Shown here: positions 43,891 through 53,549 of the stretch, in pieces
Layout: each line of letters begins with the position of its first letter
Position numbering within the stretch: position 1 is the stretch's first letter
Assembly (NCBI GenBank): GCA_947455015.1
Contig: CANGMY010000001.1
Span: 432 to 64,431, forward strand
Source of the DNA: Microthrixaceae bacterium
Lineage (GTDB): Bacteria > Actinomycetota > Acidimicrobiia > Acidimicrobiales > Acidimicrobilacustridaceae
Direction: 5' to 3'
DNA length: 64,000 nucleotides
The notes under the pieces: model-generated
The model's input: only the letters and a program-made list of their open reading frames with translations
Databases searched by the model: none
Told to the model about the DNA's origin: nothing
Made by a program: the position numbers and the translations under genes

Positions 43891-44808
43891 ATGCCCATTA
43901 CGCCAACCCACAAGATTTGGATGAACGGAACGCTCGTCGATTGGGACGACGCGAAGATTCACGTTCTTACGCACACTCTTCATTACGGCATGGGTGTGTT
44001 TGAAGGAGTTCGTGCCTACGAGACCCCGAAGGGGCCTGCGGTGTTCCGTCTCACCGAACACATGGAGCGACTGCACAACTCAGCAAAGATCCTTGGCATG
44101 GACATGCCCTACTCGGTCGACGAGTTGGTGCAGGCAACCAAGGACGTCGTGAAGGCTTCTGGTCTTCCGTCGGCCTACATCCGCCCCATCGCGTACTACG
44201 GCTACGGCGAAATGGGCCTCAACACGCTTCCGTGTTCAGTTGATGTTGCCATTGCCTGCTGGCCGTGGGGCGCCTATCTCGGCGAAGACGCTCTCACTAA
44301 GGGCATCAGCACGAAAATCTCGTCCTGGACTCGTCACGATCACAACACGATGCCGCCGGCGGCCAAGACCACTGGTAATTACGTGAACTCTTCGCTCGCC
44401 AAGGTCGAAGCGCTCAAGGGTGGTTACGACGAAGCAATCATGCTCAACCCACAAGGTTTCGTGAGCGAATGCACCGGCGAAAACATTTTCGTTGCGCGAG
44501 ACGGCGTGTTCATTACGCCGCCAATCGCTGCAGGTGCGCTCGAAGGCATCACCCAAGACAGCGTCATGACTATCGGACGCGATCTTGGGTATGAGTTCCG
44601 CGTCGATTACCTCACGCGTTCCGATCTCTACGTTGCAGAAGAAATTTTCTTGTGTGGAACTGCGGCCGAAGTTTCCGCCGTGAACGCAGTCGACGATCGT
44701 CCGGTTCCGTGCCCCGGCCCGATGACCTCGGCCATCGCTGCTGAATACGGCCGCGTTGTTCGCGGACAGGTTCCCCGTTACGAGGACTGGTTGGAGTATG
44801 TCCACTAA
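43891..44808 (+). CDS. ilvE: Branched-chain amino acid aminotransferase
   Basis: LHYGMGVFEG, YIRP, AKTTGNY, ECTGENIF, LEGIT, CGTAAEV. Confidence 0.96.
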   Translation: MPITPTHKIWMNGTLVDWDDAKIHVLTHTLHYGMGVFEGVRAYETPKGPAVFRLTEHMERLHNSAKILGMDMPYSVDELVQATKDVVKASGLPSAYIRPIAYYGYGEMGLNTLPCSVDVAIACWPWGAYLGEDALTKGISTKISSWTRHDHNTMPPAAKTTGNYVNSSLAKVEALKGGYDEAIMLNPQGFVSECTGENIFVARDGVFITPPIAAGALEGITQDSVMTIGRDLGYEFRVDYLTRSDLYVAEEIFLCGTAAEVSAVNAVDDRPVPCPGPMTSAIAAEYGRVVRGQVPRYEDWLEYVH

Positions 44809-46441
44809 GAACGGTTCAACGCCGGAACTTCCGTTGTTGCCTTCGTCGGTCGAAATCTTCGACACGACGCTGCGCGACGGCGCCCAGTTCGAAGGCATTT
44901 CACTCACCGTCGAAGACAAACTCCGAGTTGCCGAACAACTCGATTGGCTCGGCGTTCGTTGGATCGAGGGTGGGTACCCCCAAGCCAACCCGAAGGACGA
45001 AGAGTTCTTCCAGCGGGCCCCATCTGAATTGAAACTCACGAACGCGGAACTGGTTGCGTTTGGTTCAACGCGTCGTCCCGCCGGCAAGGTCGATGTCGAC
45101 CCCACGCTGGCGGCACTCGTTGGGGCCGGAACATCGACGGTATGCATCGTTGGTAAAAGCTGGGACTTTCATGTCACCGAAGCCCTGCGCACGACGCTCG
45201 ATGAAGGCATCGCAATGGTTGCCGAATCAGTCGCGTTCTTGAAGTCCGAAGGCTTGCGCGTGTTTTTCGATGCCGAACATTTCTTCGACGGCTACAAGGC
45301 CAACGCCGAATACGCGCTTCGTGTTCTCGAAGCAGCGATGGTGAATGACGCTGATTGTGTTGTGCTTTGCGACACCAACGGCGGGTCTCTTCCACACGAG
45401 GTCCAGCACATCGTGTCCGAAGTCGTTTCGTTCGTCGGGGGCGCGACTGGCGTTGGCATCCACACTCAGAATGATTCTGGTTGTGCCGTTGCGAACTCTG
45501 TTGCTGCCGTTGTTGGTGGTGCGACCCAGGTGCAGGGCACCATCAACGGCTACGGCGAACGCACCGGTAACGCCAACCTCATGACGGTCATCCCTGACCT
45601 CACGCTCAAACTTGGTGTGGCCACGTTGCCCGAAGGCCATCTCGACCGACTCACGGTTGTGAGCCATCGCGTTGCCGAACTGGTCAACCTTCCGCCGCAT
45701 CCAGCCGACCCGTACGTGGGCGCATCAGCATTTGCTCATAAGGGTGGGCTGCACACCTCAGCACTTGGTCGTGCTGGCGGCGCAACCTACGAGCACATCG
45801 ATCCTTCGATCGTAGGCAATCACACCCGTGTGCTCGTTTCTGATCTTGGCGGACGCGCCGGTATGGCAATGAAGGCCGACGAATTCGGTGTCGAGCTCGA
45901 CGATCCATCGGTTGCCGCACTTTCCGAAGAGCTCAAACAGCTCGAGGCCGAAGGTTGGCTTTTCGAATCGGCCGATGCATCGCTCGAACTTCGCATGCGT
46001 CGCGCCACTGGTTGGGTGCAGGACTTCTTCGAGGTCGAGGAATATCGCGTTTCAAGTTTCCATCGTGAAGGTCCCGCCATGCCCGAAGGCGGGGTTGAAG
46101 TCAGCACCGAAGCAACCGTGAAACTCTGGATCGACGGCGAGCGCGTCTCCGCCGTTGGCGAAGGCAATGGCCCCGTCAATGCACTCGATGCAGCGGTGCG
46201 CCGCGCACTCAACGGTCGATTCCCAGCGCTCGAACGTATCCACCTCACCGACTTCAAGGTGCGTGTTGTCGACGGCGGTGCTGCGACAGGTGCGGTGGTT
46301 CGCGTGCTTATCGATTCCACCAATGGCGACCGTGTCTGGACCACTGTTGGTGTCGATAGCAATGTCATCGAGGCCTCATGGCAGGCGCTCATGGACTCCA
46401 TTCAGTTCGGCTTGGTCCACGCCGACGATCTCGCCGGGTAG
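44798..46441 (+). CDS. cimA: Citramalate synthase
   Basis: DTTLRDGAQFEG, EGGYPQANPKD, FGSTRR, GKSWDFHV, DAEHFFDGYK, AFAHKGGLH, which distinguish it from LeuA. Confidence 0.9.
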   Translation: MSTKNGSTPELPLLPSSVEIFDTTLRDGAQFEGISLTVEDKLRVAEQLDWLGVRWIEGGYPQANPKDEEFFQRAPSELKLTNAELVAFGSTRRPAGKVDVDPTLAALVGAGTSTVCIVGKSWDFHVTEALRTTLDEGIAMVAESVAFLKSEGLRVFFDAEHFFDGYKANAEYALRVLEAAMVNDADCVVLCDTNGGSLPHEVQHIVSEVVSFVGGATGVGIHTQNDSGCAVANSVAAVVGGATQVQGTINGYGERTGNANLMTVIPDLTLKLGVATLPEGHLDRLTVVSHRVAELVNLPPHPADPYVGASAFAHKGGLHTSALGRAGGATYEHIDPSIVGNHTRVLVSDLGGRAGMAMKADEFGVELDDPSVAALSEELKQLEAEGWLFESADASLELRMRRATGWVQDFFEVEEYRVSSFHREGPAMPEGGVEVSTEATVKLWIDGERVSAVGEGNGPVNALDAAVRRALNGRFPALERIHLTDFKVRVVDGGAATGAVVRVLIDSTNGDRVWTTVGVDSNVIEASWQALMDSIQFGLVHADDLAG

Positions 46442-46452
46442 ATTCACCACCA

Positions 46453-47013
46453 ATGGCTGCTCCTGATTACGTTCCCGCTCCCGTCGACGATCCTGCTCGT
46501 GTGTACCAGTCGCCTCCGTGGCGTTCCGAGTCTTGGATGGCTGACCGCCCAGCAGAGATCATCGGTCGTCAGCCTCTTGGTCCTCGTCTCGGCGATCCGG
46601 GTCCCGATCAGGGCTTTGCCCTTCGCTTGGCCCGTCAGGTCCGAGGCCGTCTTGTGCTGACCTCGGTCGAGTCTGAAGACGATGCCATCGCTGGCAGTGT
46701 TGCCATCGCAATGCGTCGCTCTGCAATGTTCGGTCGTGCGCCGGCGATTCACGACCTCACGGTTGCACTCACACTTTGGGGCTTCCTGTCCGAAGCCCCG
46801 GCTGAACTTGTTGCTGTGCGTGCCCAGGTGTTTGCCGCTGTTGCAAGCACGCACCACTACATGGAACGTCGTGCAATCGTCGATGCAGCGCCTGACGAGG
46901 TCCTGCGTCTCGATCCCGCGTCAGTCGACGCTCTTGTTCGCAACGAACCGTCGCGAATCATGGCCATGGCCAACGCCGCGTTGGCGGGCCAGTCTCACGA
47001 CGAGCACGCCTGA
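46453..47013 (+). CDS. Hypothetical protein
   Basis: Plausible coding composition; TAGATT 8 nt before ATG 46453; no motif recognised. Confidence 0.7.
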   Translation: MAAPDYVPAPVDDPARVYQSPPWRSESWMADRPAEIIGRQPLGPRLGDPGPDQGFALRLARQVRGRLVLTSVESEDDAIAGSVAIAMRRSAMFGRAPAIHDLTVALTLWGFLSEAPAELVAVRAQVFAAVASTHHYMERRAIVDAAPDEVLRLDPASVDALVRNEPSRIMAMANAALAGQSHDEHA

Positions 47014-47053
47014 GTATCCCGAGCCATTACGGCTCAGTGGGGAACGGTGGCTG

Positions 47054-47983
47054 TTAGGGCTTTGCTGCTGCGCTTGAACCCGTGGTTTTCGCGGACCACG
47101 AAGCAGGAGTCGTTGCGAAGATATCGATCGGTGTACCTGCGGGAACTTTCTCGGCGATTTTGATCACCACGTCATTGGGGATTCGCACGCACCCATTCGA
47201 CGCTTTCGTACCGACGAGTTCGGGTTGATTTGTTCCGTGGAACGCGACCTGCGGAAGGCCACTGTCGAAGGTGTCAAGCACTTCGCTGTAGCCGTTGGTC
47301 GGCAGAATCCAAGCGCCATAAATGCCGGTATCAGAAGAGTTCTTGATCTTTTCAGTGATGAAAAAGTGCCCGAGCGGTGTCGGCGTTGCATCCTTGCCAA
47401 TGACGACATCGGTTTCAACGAACACATTGGCGCCCTCGAAGACCTTGAGGTGGAAGGTCGAAAGATCAAGCTCCATGCGATATTCAGTTGCGGCGATTGT
47501 GACATCGTCGGCTTTAATCCAGCCCGTGGTGTGGTTCGGGCGAGCGGTGATGAGAACCTTCATGTACTCGCCCTGGTTTTCAAGAACATCGAAGACGAGT
47601 GGGTTCTTGTAATAGGTCGGGTTCGTGAATTCGTAACCGTCTGCGGTTTTCTTCACGCCTGCGGAGTTGAGTCCGTTGCGAGGAATGGCCGGAACCTTCG
47701 GAGCAACCGTGCTCGATGTGCTGGATGTGCTGGATGTGCTCGACGGGGGAGTCGTGGCGACGCTCTTGGGCAGTTCGGCCAGCACCGTGAGCTTTGAACC
47801 CTTGGCGGTTGCGTAGGTGGTTTGGTACGGCGTGGAGACAGCGGTTGTCGATGACTCTTCCACTGAGGTATCGGTCGAAGACTTCTTGCCGTCGGAACAC
47901 GAGGCCGCACCAACGACCAGCGCCAATGACATGGCGACGATGGCCAGTGGTCGGAAGCGACGCAGAAGGACAGACGAGTTCAT
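47054..47983 (-). CDS. L,D-transpeptidase family lipoprotein (YkuD domain)
   Basis: AASC lipobox, S/T-rich tether, TPLGHF, AFHGTN...ASNGCVR catalytic motif. Confidence 0.9.
   Translation of the reverse strand: MNSSVLLRRFRPLAIVAMSLALVVGAASCSDGKKSSTDTSVEESSTTAVSTPYQTTYATAKGSKLTVLAELPKSVATTPPSSTSSTSSTSSTVAPKVPAIPRNGLNSAGVKKTADGYEFTNPTYYKNPLVFDVLENQGEYMKVLITARPNHTTGWIKADDVTIAATEYRMELDLSTFHLKVFEGANVFVETDVVIGKDATPTPLGHFFITEKIKNSSDTGIYGAWILPTNGYSEVLDTFDSGLPQVAFHGTNQPELVGTKASNGCVRIPNDVVIKIAEKVPAGTPIDIFATTPASWSAKTTGSSAAAKP
47715..47741. repeat. 9-bp tandem repeat x3 (GATGTGCTG) encoding a Ser-Thr-Ser linker
   Basis: GATGTGCTG GATGTGCTG GATGTGCTC inside the L,D-transpeptidase gene. Confidence 0.8.
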
Positions 47984-48089
47984 GTGATGCTCCGAGCGAA
48001 ATGTGGGGGAGAAGGCCCGATCGACCCGGAAACGGTCCGAATCGGCGGCCCGACCAGATGATCGAAGGCCTGACGGTACCATCGACCCT

Positions 48090-49505
48090 GTGAGCACCCC
48101 AGTCGCCAGAGTCCGCTTCGCCCCTTCCCCAACGGGCTATCTCCATATCGGTGGCGCTCGAACCGCCCTCTTCAACTGGCTCTTTGCCCGCCAGCAAGGC
48201 GGCGAGTTCGTGCTTCGCATCGAAGACACCGATGCCGAGCGGTCTCGGCCCGAACTCATCGACATCATTTTCCGATCGCTCGAATGGCTCGGTCTCGATT
48301 GGGACGGCACCCCGGTGCATCAGTCCGAGCGCGGCGCCATGCATCTCGCTGCTGTCGAGAAACTTCTCGGCAACGGTTCGGCCTACTGGTGTTCGTGCAC
48401 TCCCGACGAGGTCAAGGCTCGTGCCGAAGCTCGCGGCGGCACGCCTGGGTACGACGGTTTCTGTCGTGAACGTGGTTTGGGCCCCGGCGATGGTCACGTC
48501 GTTCGTTTCCGAGTTCCCGATACCGGCATCACCGCGTTCGACGATCTCATTCGTGGAACAGTCAGTTTCGAAAACGCCGTCCTTGAAGATTTCGTCATCC
48601 TTCGTTCCAACGGCACGCCGATGTTTCATTTGGCCAACGCCGTCGACGACGCCGACCAAGGCATCACCCATGTCATCCGCGGTGAAGACCTCATCAACGT
48701 CACGCCCAAGGTGCTGCTCATTCGTGAAGCGCTTTCAACGCCAGGCGAATTGATCTTCGCTCACCTCCCGCTCATCGTGAATGAAAAGCGCCAGAAGCTT
48801 TCGAAGCGTCGCGACGATGTTTCTGTCGGCGACTACATCGACCGCGGTTATCTGTCCGAAGCAATGGTGAACTATCTGGCCACTCTTGGTTGGGGTCCAC
48901 CCGATGGCATCGAAATTCGTCCGCTTGCCGAAATCGTTGATCTCTTTCGCATTACCGATGTCAATAAGTCGGGTGCGTTCTTCGACGTGAAGAAGCTTCA
49001 ACACTTCAACGGCGAATACATTCGCAATCTTTCTGTCCCGCAGTTTGTAACGAAGTCCACCCGTTGGCTTTATGAAGAAACGCCTTGGGATGCCGATCGT
49101 TTCGACATCGGCACGTTCGAAGTTATGGCTCCGCTTGTGCAGGAACGCGTCAAGTTGCTGTCAGAAGTTCCTGGCTATGTCGATTTCCTCTTCGCTCCCG
49201 ATCCCGTTATCGATGATGAGTCATGGCAGAAAGTCATGGTGAAGGGCGCCGAACTCGCGTCGGCCGTGCTCGAACACGCAACGACGCAGTTTGTTGATTG
49301 TGAGTGGAATGCAGCGTCGCTTGAAGCAGCATTGTTCTCTTACGCCGAACAGCACGAGATCTCGAAGGGCAAAGTTCAGGCTCCCGTTCGAGTTTCAGTA
49401 ACGGGCCGCAGTGTTGGTCCGCCCCTCTTTGAATCGCTCGAAGTTCTCGGCCGCGACGAAACTCTGCGTCGTCTTGAAGCGGCGAAGGTTCGCCTCCAGG
49501 GCTGA
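48090..49505 (+). CDS. gltX: Glutamate--tRNA ligase
   Basis: RFAPSPTGYLHIGG, LRIEDTD, KLSKR; start at GTG 48090, 7 nt after TACCAT. Confidence 0.97.
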   Translation: MSTPVARVRFAPSPTGYLHIGGARTALFNWLFARQQGGEFVLRIEDTDAERSRPELIDIIFRSLEWLGLDWDGTPVHQSERGAMHLAAVEKLLGNGSAYWCSCTPDEVKARAEARGGTPGYDGFCRERGLGPGDGHVVRFRVPDTGITAFDDLIRGTVSFENAVLEDFVILRSNGTPMFHLANAVDDADQGITHVIRGEDLINVTPKVLLIREALSTPGELIFAHLPLIVNEKRQKLSKRRDDVSVGDYIDRGYLSEAMVNYLATLGWGPPDGIEIRPLAEIVDLFRITDVNKSGAFFDVKKLQHFNGEYIRNLSVPQFVTKSTRWLYEETPWDADRFDIGTFEVMAPLVQERVKLLSEVPGYVDFLFAPDPVIDDESWQKVMVKGAELASAVLEHATTQFVDCEWNAASLEAALFSYAEQHEISKGKVQAPVRVSVTGRSVGPPLFESLEVLGRDETLRRLEAAKVRLQG

Positions 49506-49506
49506 C

Positions 49507-50109
49507 ATGTTCTTCGGACTGCGCTGGGCGATACGCATCGCCCTCGGACTGCTCGCAGTCGTCGTGCTTTATATCGGCATCACGTTTGCTCAAGTGTGGT
49601 GGGCATCGCGGCAAAACGACGCTGCAAAGGCATCCGCCATTGTTGTGATGGGTGCTGCGCAATGGAACGGTTCACCGTCACCCGTCCTCAAGGGCAGGCT
49701 CGATCATGCCGCTGTCCTTTACCAACAGGGGGTTGCCCCGGTTGTGATCGTTGCCGGTGGGAAGCAGCCCGGCGATAAAGAGACGCAGGGCCTCGTCAGC
49801 TTTGAGTATTTGCGGTCGAAGGGCATCCCTGAATCAGCCATCAAGATTGAGGTTGACGGCACAAATAGTTATGAGGAGCTTTCCTCAACAGCATTCATCA
49901 TGCGCCAAGCGGGATTGCCCCACGACGTGGTGATCGTGACCGACCCCTATCACGCCTATCGCTCGGCCGATATCGCTGACGAGGTCGGATTGTCAGCGCA
50001 TGTGTCGCCGACCAAGGGCAATTCAACCTTCAGCGATTACGTGCGCGAGACCGGTGCTGTCGCACTTGGCCGCATCATCAATTACCGCCGTTTAGCCGCT
50101 TGGCGATGA
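49507..50109 (+). CDS. YdcF/DUF218 (ElyC/SanA-like) membrane-anchored protein
   Basis: N-terminal TM, AIVVMGA, PSPVLKGRLD, VTDPYHAYR, RE motif. Confidence 0.85.
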   Translation: MFFGLRWAIRIALGLLAVVVLYIGITFAQVWWASRQNDAAKASAIVVMGAAQWNGSPSPVLKGRLDHAAVLYQQGVAPVVIVAGGKQPGDKETQGLVSFEYLRSKGIPESAIKIEVDGTNSYEELSSTAFIMRQAGLPHDVVIVTDPYHAYRSADIADEVGLSAHVSPTKGNSTFSDYVRETGAVALGRIINYRRLAAWR

Positions 50110-50176
50110 CCCCGATTGGGCTCCTCGGTGTGGTTTGGTGCCACCCCCGTTCCAGCCGGTAACGTTCCCTCGCCCT

Positions 50177-50248
50177 TCGGGGGTGGTGTAATTGGTAACA
50201 CGAGTGGTTCTGGTCCATTTGTTGGGGGTTCGAGTCCTCCCCCCCGAG
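50177..50248 (+). tRNA. tRNA-Gln (anticodon CTG), CCA not encoded
   Basis: Acceptor TCGGGGG/CCCCCGA, D-arm GTGTAATTGGTAACAC, anticodon loop TT-CTG-GT, T-loop TTCGAGT. Confidence 0.96.
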
Positions 50249-50258
50249 CTTTGAAGAT

Positions 50259-50290
50259 CGGGCGTCGACAATGTCGGCGCCCGTTTCGCG
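50259..50290 (+). terminator. Intrinsic terminator after tRNA-Gln
   Basis: CGGGCGTCGAC/GTCGGCGCCCG stem followed by TTTCGCG. Confidence 0.7.
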
Positions 50291-50317
50291 TGCCGGCCCG
50301 GGCCATAGGCTGAATCG

Positions 50318-50908
50318 GTGACAACTCTTCGGTCTCTGTGCGTCTATTGCGGCTCCAAGCCCGGCAACGATCCCCGGCACGAAGCCGATGCTGCCGAGTT
50401 GGGTCGCCTCATGGCTCAGGCCGGTGTGCGCCTTGTGTACGGCGGCGGATCAGTTGGACTGATGGGCACCGTGGCCGATTCTGTGTTGGCCCATGGCGGA
50501 GAGGTCTTCGGTGTCATCCCGAAGGGGCTGTTCACCACCGAGATCGGACACCCTGGCCTGACTGAGCTCGTCGAGGTTGGTTCGATGCATGAGCGCAAGG
50601 CACTCATGGCGGCTGAAGCCGACGCCTTCATTGCCTTGCCCGGAGGCCTAGGGACGATCGAGGAACTGGCCGAGATTGCGACATGGTCCCAATTGGGCAT
50701 TCACGCCAAGCCCGTGGGTGTGCTTGATGTCGACGGCTTCTGGCAACCGCTCCTTCAATTTCTCGACAGCGCTGGCGATGCTGGATTCATTCGCCCTCAG
50801 CATCGCGAGATCATTGTGCGCATTACCGACGTCGACGACGTGATTCCTGTGCTGTCGTCCAAGGTGATGCCGGCAACGGCGCCACTACTTGGCATCGAAG
50901 AGTCCTGA
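50318..50908 (+). CDS. LOG family nucleotide phosphoribohydrolase
   Basis: CVYCGS, LVYGGGSVGLMG, MHERK, PGGLGTIEE. Confidence 0.93.
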   Translation: MTTLRSLCVYCGSKPGNDPRHEADAAELGRLMAQAGVRLVYGGGSVGLMGTVADSVLAHGGEVFGVIPKGLFTTEIGHPGLTELVEVGSMHERKALMAAEADAFIALPGGLGTIEELAEIATWSQLGIHAKPVGVLDVDGFWQPLLQFLDSAGDAGFIRPQHREIIVRITDVDDVIPVLSSKVMPATAPLLGIEES

Positions 50909-50950
50909 CCCGATGGGGTCTGGCAAGCGCTGACGCGAGACAATCAGAGT

Positions 50951-52192
50951 ATGGAACAGGTTGACATCGCTGTGATTGGCGCCGGTCCCGCAGGCTCTTC
51001 GGCCGCGGCATGGGCAGCGCGAGGCGGCGCATCGGTCGCACTGTTCGAAAAGGCCGCGCAGGGCCGGGACAAATCCTGTGGCGACGGTCTGACGCCGCGA
51101 GCAATTGCCGAGTGTCGTCGTCTTGGCATCGATGTTGAACACTTCCATCGCATTGATGGTTTGCGAGTGCAGGCCGGAGGCAAAGTCCGCGAAGTGTTCT
51201 GGCCCGACGGCGCATTTCCGCCGGTTGGCGCGGTCGCTCCACGAGCCGAGTTCGACGCAATGGTCATGCAAGCAGCAATCGATTCGGGCGCGGATTTTCG
51301 CGAGAACTCTCCGGCTGAACTTTGGATTGAAGACGATCGAGTGCTTGGTGTCATCTCCAAAGGCGAAAAGGTGCGCGCGCAACTCACGGTGATTGCATCG
51401 GGTGCTGGTTCGCCTGCAGCGCGCGCCGTTGGCGCAACGCGTGTTGCTTCTTCGCCGTTTGGACTTGCGATTCGTGCCTACATTCCGTCGACGCGTGCCG
51501 ATGATCGCTACATGGAGGCATGCCTCACCGTTAAAGGTCCTGATGGTTCCATCGTTCCTGGCTACGGATGGGTGTTCCCTGCCGGCAACGGCATTGTGAA
51601 CATCGGAGTTGGCGCATTGTCGACGATGAAGAACTTCTCCGATCTCAACCTCAACACCATGCTTGACGCCTACACCGCTCAGGTACGCGAATCGTGGGGC
51701 CTCGGTGAATTCGTTGCTCGCCCGAAAGCATGGCGACTCCCAATGCATGTTGAACATCGCGGCGGCCCCGGATGGGTCGTTGCCGGCGATGCTGCCGGCC
51801 TTGTGAATCCGTTCAACGGCGAAGGCATCGATTACGCGCTTGAGTCCGGCCGTCACGCCGCGGAACTTTTCTTGGCCGAACCCGGAACTGCATCGTCGGC
51901 CTATCAAGCTCTCTTGCGCTCTGAGTACGACCCCTTCTTCGCTACTGCTCGACGTTTCGCATGGTTGATCGGCCGGCCAAAACTTCTGCAGTTCCTTCTC
52001 GGCATCGCATTGTCCACGAACTTCACCATGAAACTCGTGCTCGACATCATGGCGAACCTGGTCGATATGGAACACCCCGGATTGGCTGGCCGTTCACTCA
52101 CAATCGGCGGCAAGGCACTGGCATTGGCTGACCCACTTCTGGTTCGTTCCTCTGCCAAAGGCAAGAACAAGTCGACAACCCCCGTCGGGTAG
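50951..52192 (+). CDS. Geranylgeranyl reductase family flavoprotein (menaquinone reductase MenJ-like)
   Basis: GAGPAG, RDKSCGDGLTPRA, GYGWVFP, GDAAGLVNPFNGEGIDYA. Confidence 0.85.
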   Translation: MEQVDIAVIGAGPAGSSAAAWAARGGASVALFEKAAQGRDKSCGDGLTPRAIAECRRLGIDVEHFHRIDGLRVQAGGKVREVFWPDGAFPPVGAVAPRAEFDAMVMQAAIDSGADFRENSPAELWIEDDRVLGVISKGEKVRAQLTVIASGAGSPAARAVGATRVASSPFGLAIRAYIPSTRADDRYMEACLTVKGPDGSIVPGYGWVFPAGNGIVNIGVGALSTMKNFSDLNLNTMLDAYTAQVRESWGLGEFVARPKAWRLPMHVEHRGGPGWVVAGDAAGLVNPFNGEGIDYALESGRHAAELFLAEPGTASSAYQALLRSEYDPFFATARRFAWLIGRPKLLQFLLGIALSTNFTMKLVLDIMANLVDMEHPGLAGRSLTIGGKALALADPLLVRSSAKGKNKSTTPVG

Positions 52193-52232
52193 GTTCAGGA
52201 GTCCCACAAGGGGATGAATGGGGGAGTCGGTC

Positions 52233-53090
52233 ATGGGTAGTTCGCCAGTAGCCATTGTCACGGGCGCAAGCCGCGGAATCGGTCGGGCCGGAGCGCTTGC
52301 GCTTGCCGAAGCAGGTTTCGATGTTGTCGTTAGTGCTCGCACGGTGCGCGAGGGCGAAGGCGTCGCCGAGCCCAATTCTGTTCGCGAAGAAACCACGCTT
52401 GCGGTTCCGGGGAGCCTCGAACGCACCGCACAAGAAATCGAAGAGCGCGGCCAGCGAGCCCTCATCGTTCCCATGGATCTCATCGACGTTGCGTCGGTCA
52501 CCGCGCTTCCCGCCACCGTCATGGCCGAATGGGGTCGCATCGACGTTCTGTTCAACAATGCGATCTTCCGTGGCGTTGGCACGCTTGATCGCATCACCGA
52601 TCTCACTGTTGAGTCGATGACGAACCTTCTCGCCGGCAACTTCATGAATCAGATCCTGCTTATTCAGCAGGTAATTCCTCACATGCTCGCTGCCGGTGGC
52701 GGAACCATCATCGACATGGTGTCGGGTTCGGCTCGGCTCGATCCCGCTGGACCTCCCGGAGAGGGTGGCTGGGGCATTCTCTATTCGGCATCGAAAGCCG
52801 CGTTTGGTCGCGTTGCTGGTGGTGTGAATGCGGAATATCGAGCGCAGGGCATCAAGGCGTTCAACGTTGATCCTGGCAATGTCGTCACCGAAGCTCGCAA
52901 GGCGGCCAAGCCCGACGATGAATACAGCAGTGGCTACGGCAGCGAGCCTGCGGAAGCAACGGGCAAAGTTGTTGCGTGGTTGGCTACCGATCCCACCGCC
53001 GACAAGTTCCTCGGCAAGTGGATCTTCGCTCCGAAGCTTTGCTCCGATCTTGGTTTGCTTCCAGGTTGGACGTTCCAGGTTCCCCAGTGA
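52233..53090 (+). CDS. Short-chain dehydrogenase/reductase
   Basis: TGASRGIG, NNA, YSASK; start may be 52218. Confidence 0.88.
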   Translation: MGSSPVAIVTGASRGIGRAGALALAEAGFDVVVSARTVREGEGVAEPNSVREETTLAVPGSLERTAQEIEERGQRALIVPMDLIDVASVTALPATVMAEWGRIDVLFNNAIFRGVGTLDRITDLTVESMTNLLAGNFMNQILLIQQVIPHMLAAGGGTIIDMVSGSARLDPAGPPGEGGWGILYSASKAAFGRVAGGVNAEYRAQGIKAFNVDPGNVVTEARKAAKPDDEYSSGYGSEPAEATGKVVAWLATDPTADKFLGKWIFAPKLCSDLGLLPGWTFQVPQ

Positions 53091-53539
53091 ACGACGTTGA
53101 GTTCGCCGATCGGCTTGCGATCCGCTCCATCGTCGACGACTACGCACGCTTCGCTGATCGCATCGACAACGAAGGCCTTGCTGGTTTGTTTGCTCCAGAT
53201 GGTGTCTTGCGCATCTTCGAGCGCGGCAATCCCGAACCTGTTCGTCAGCGCATTGGTCGCGCCGAGATTTCTGAAGCGATCAAGGGTCTGTCTCGTTACG
53301 ACGTCACGATGCACTCCGTGAGCAATCACTACGTCATCCTCGATGGCGATGCCGCCAGTGGCGAGACCTACTGCCGTGCAACACACGTCCGGCCCGTTGA
53401 AGGCGGTACTCCGGAAGCCCGCGAGAATTACGTCATGAACATTCGCTATCTCGACGAGTACGTGCGCTTGCCGGAAGGCTGGCGAATTGCCAAGCGTGAA
53501 CTCCAGGTGGAGTTCACCGAGGTCTTCCCGATTCTCTAG
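53087..53539 (+). CDS. SnoaL-like/NTF2 family protein
   Basis: DRLAIRSIVDDYARFAD, TMHSVSN, RYLDEYVR..EGWRIAKR; GTGA overlap with the SDR. Confidence 0.87.
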   Translation: MNDVEFADRLAIRSIVDDYARFADRIDNEGLAGLFAPDGVLRIFERGNPEPVRQRIGRAEISEAIKGLSRYDVTMHSVSNHYVILDGDAASGETYCRATHVRPVEGGTPEARENYVMNIRYLDEYVRLPEGWRIAKRELQVEFTEVFPIL

Positions 53540-53549
53540 CGGCGGATAG

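Noticed and set aside
47715-47741. 9-bp tandem repeat as a phase-variation or CRISPR-like element
   Set aside because: In-frame unit in a Ser/Thr linker, only three copies, no spacers.
52200-52220. CCCACA(A)GGGG mini-hairpin shared with the leader of 55813..56637
   Set aside because: Too short and G-rich to separate from SD-like sequence or chance.
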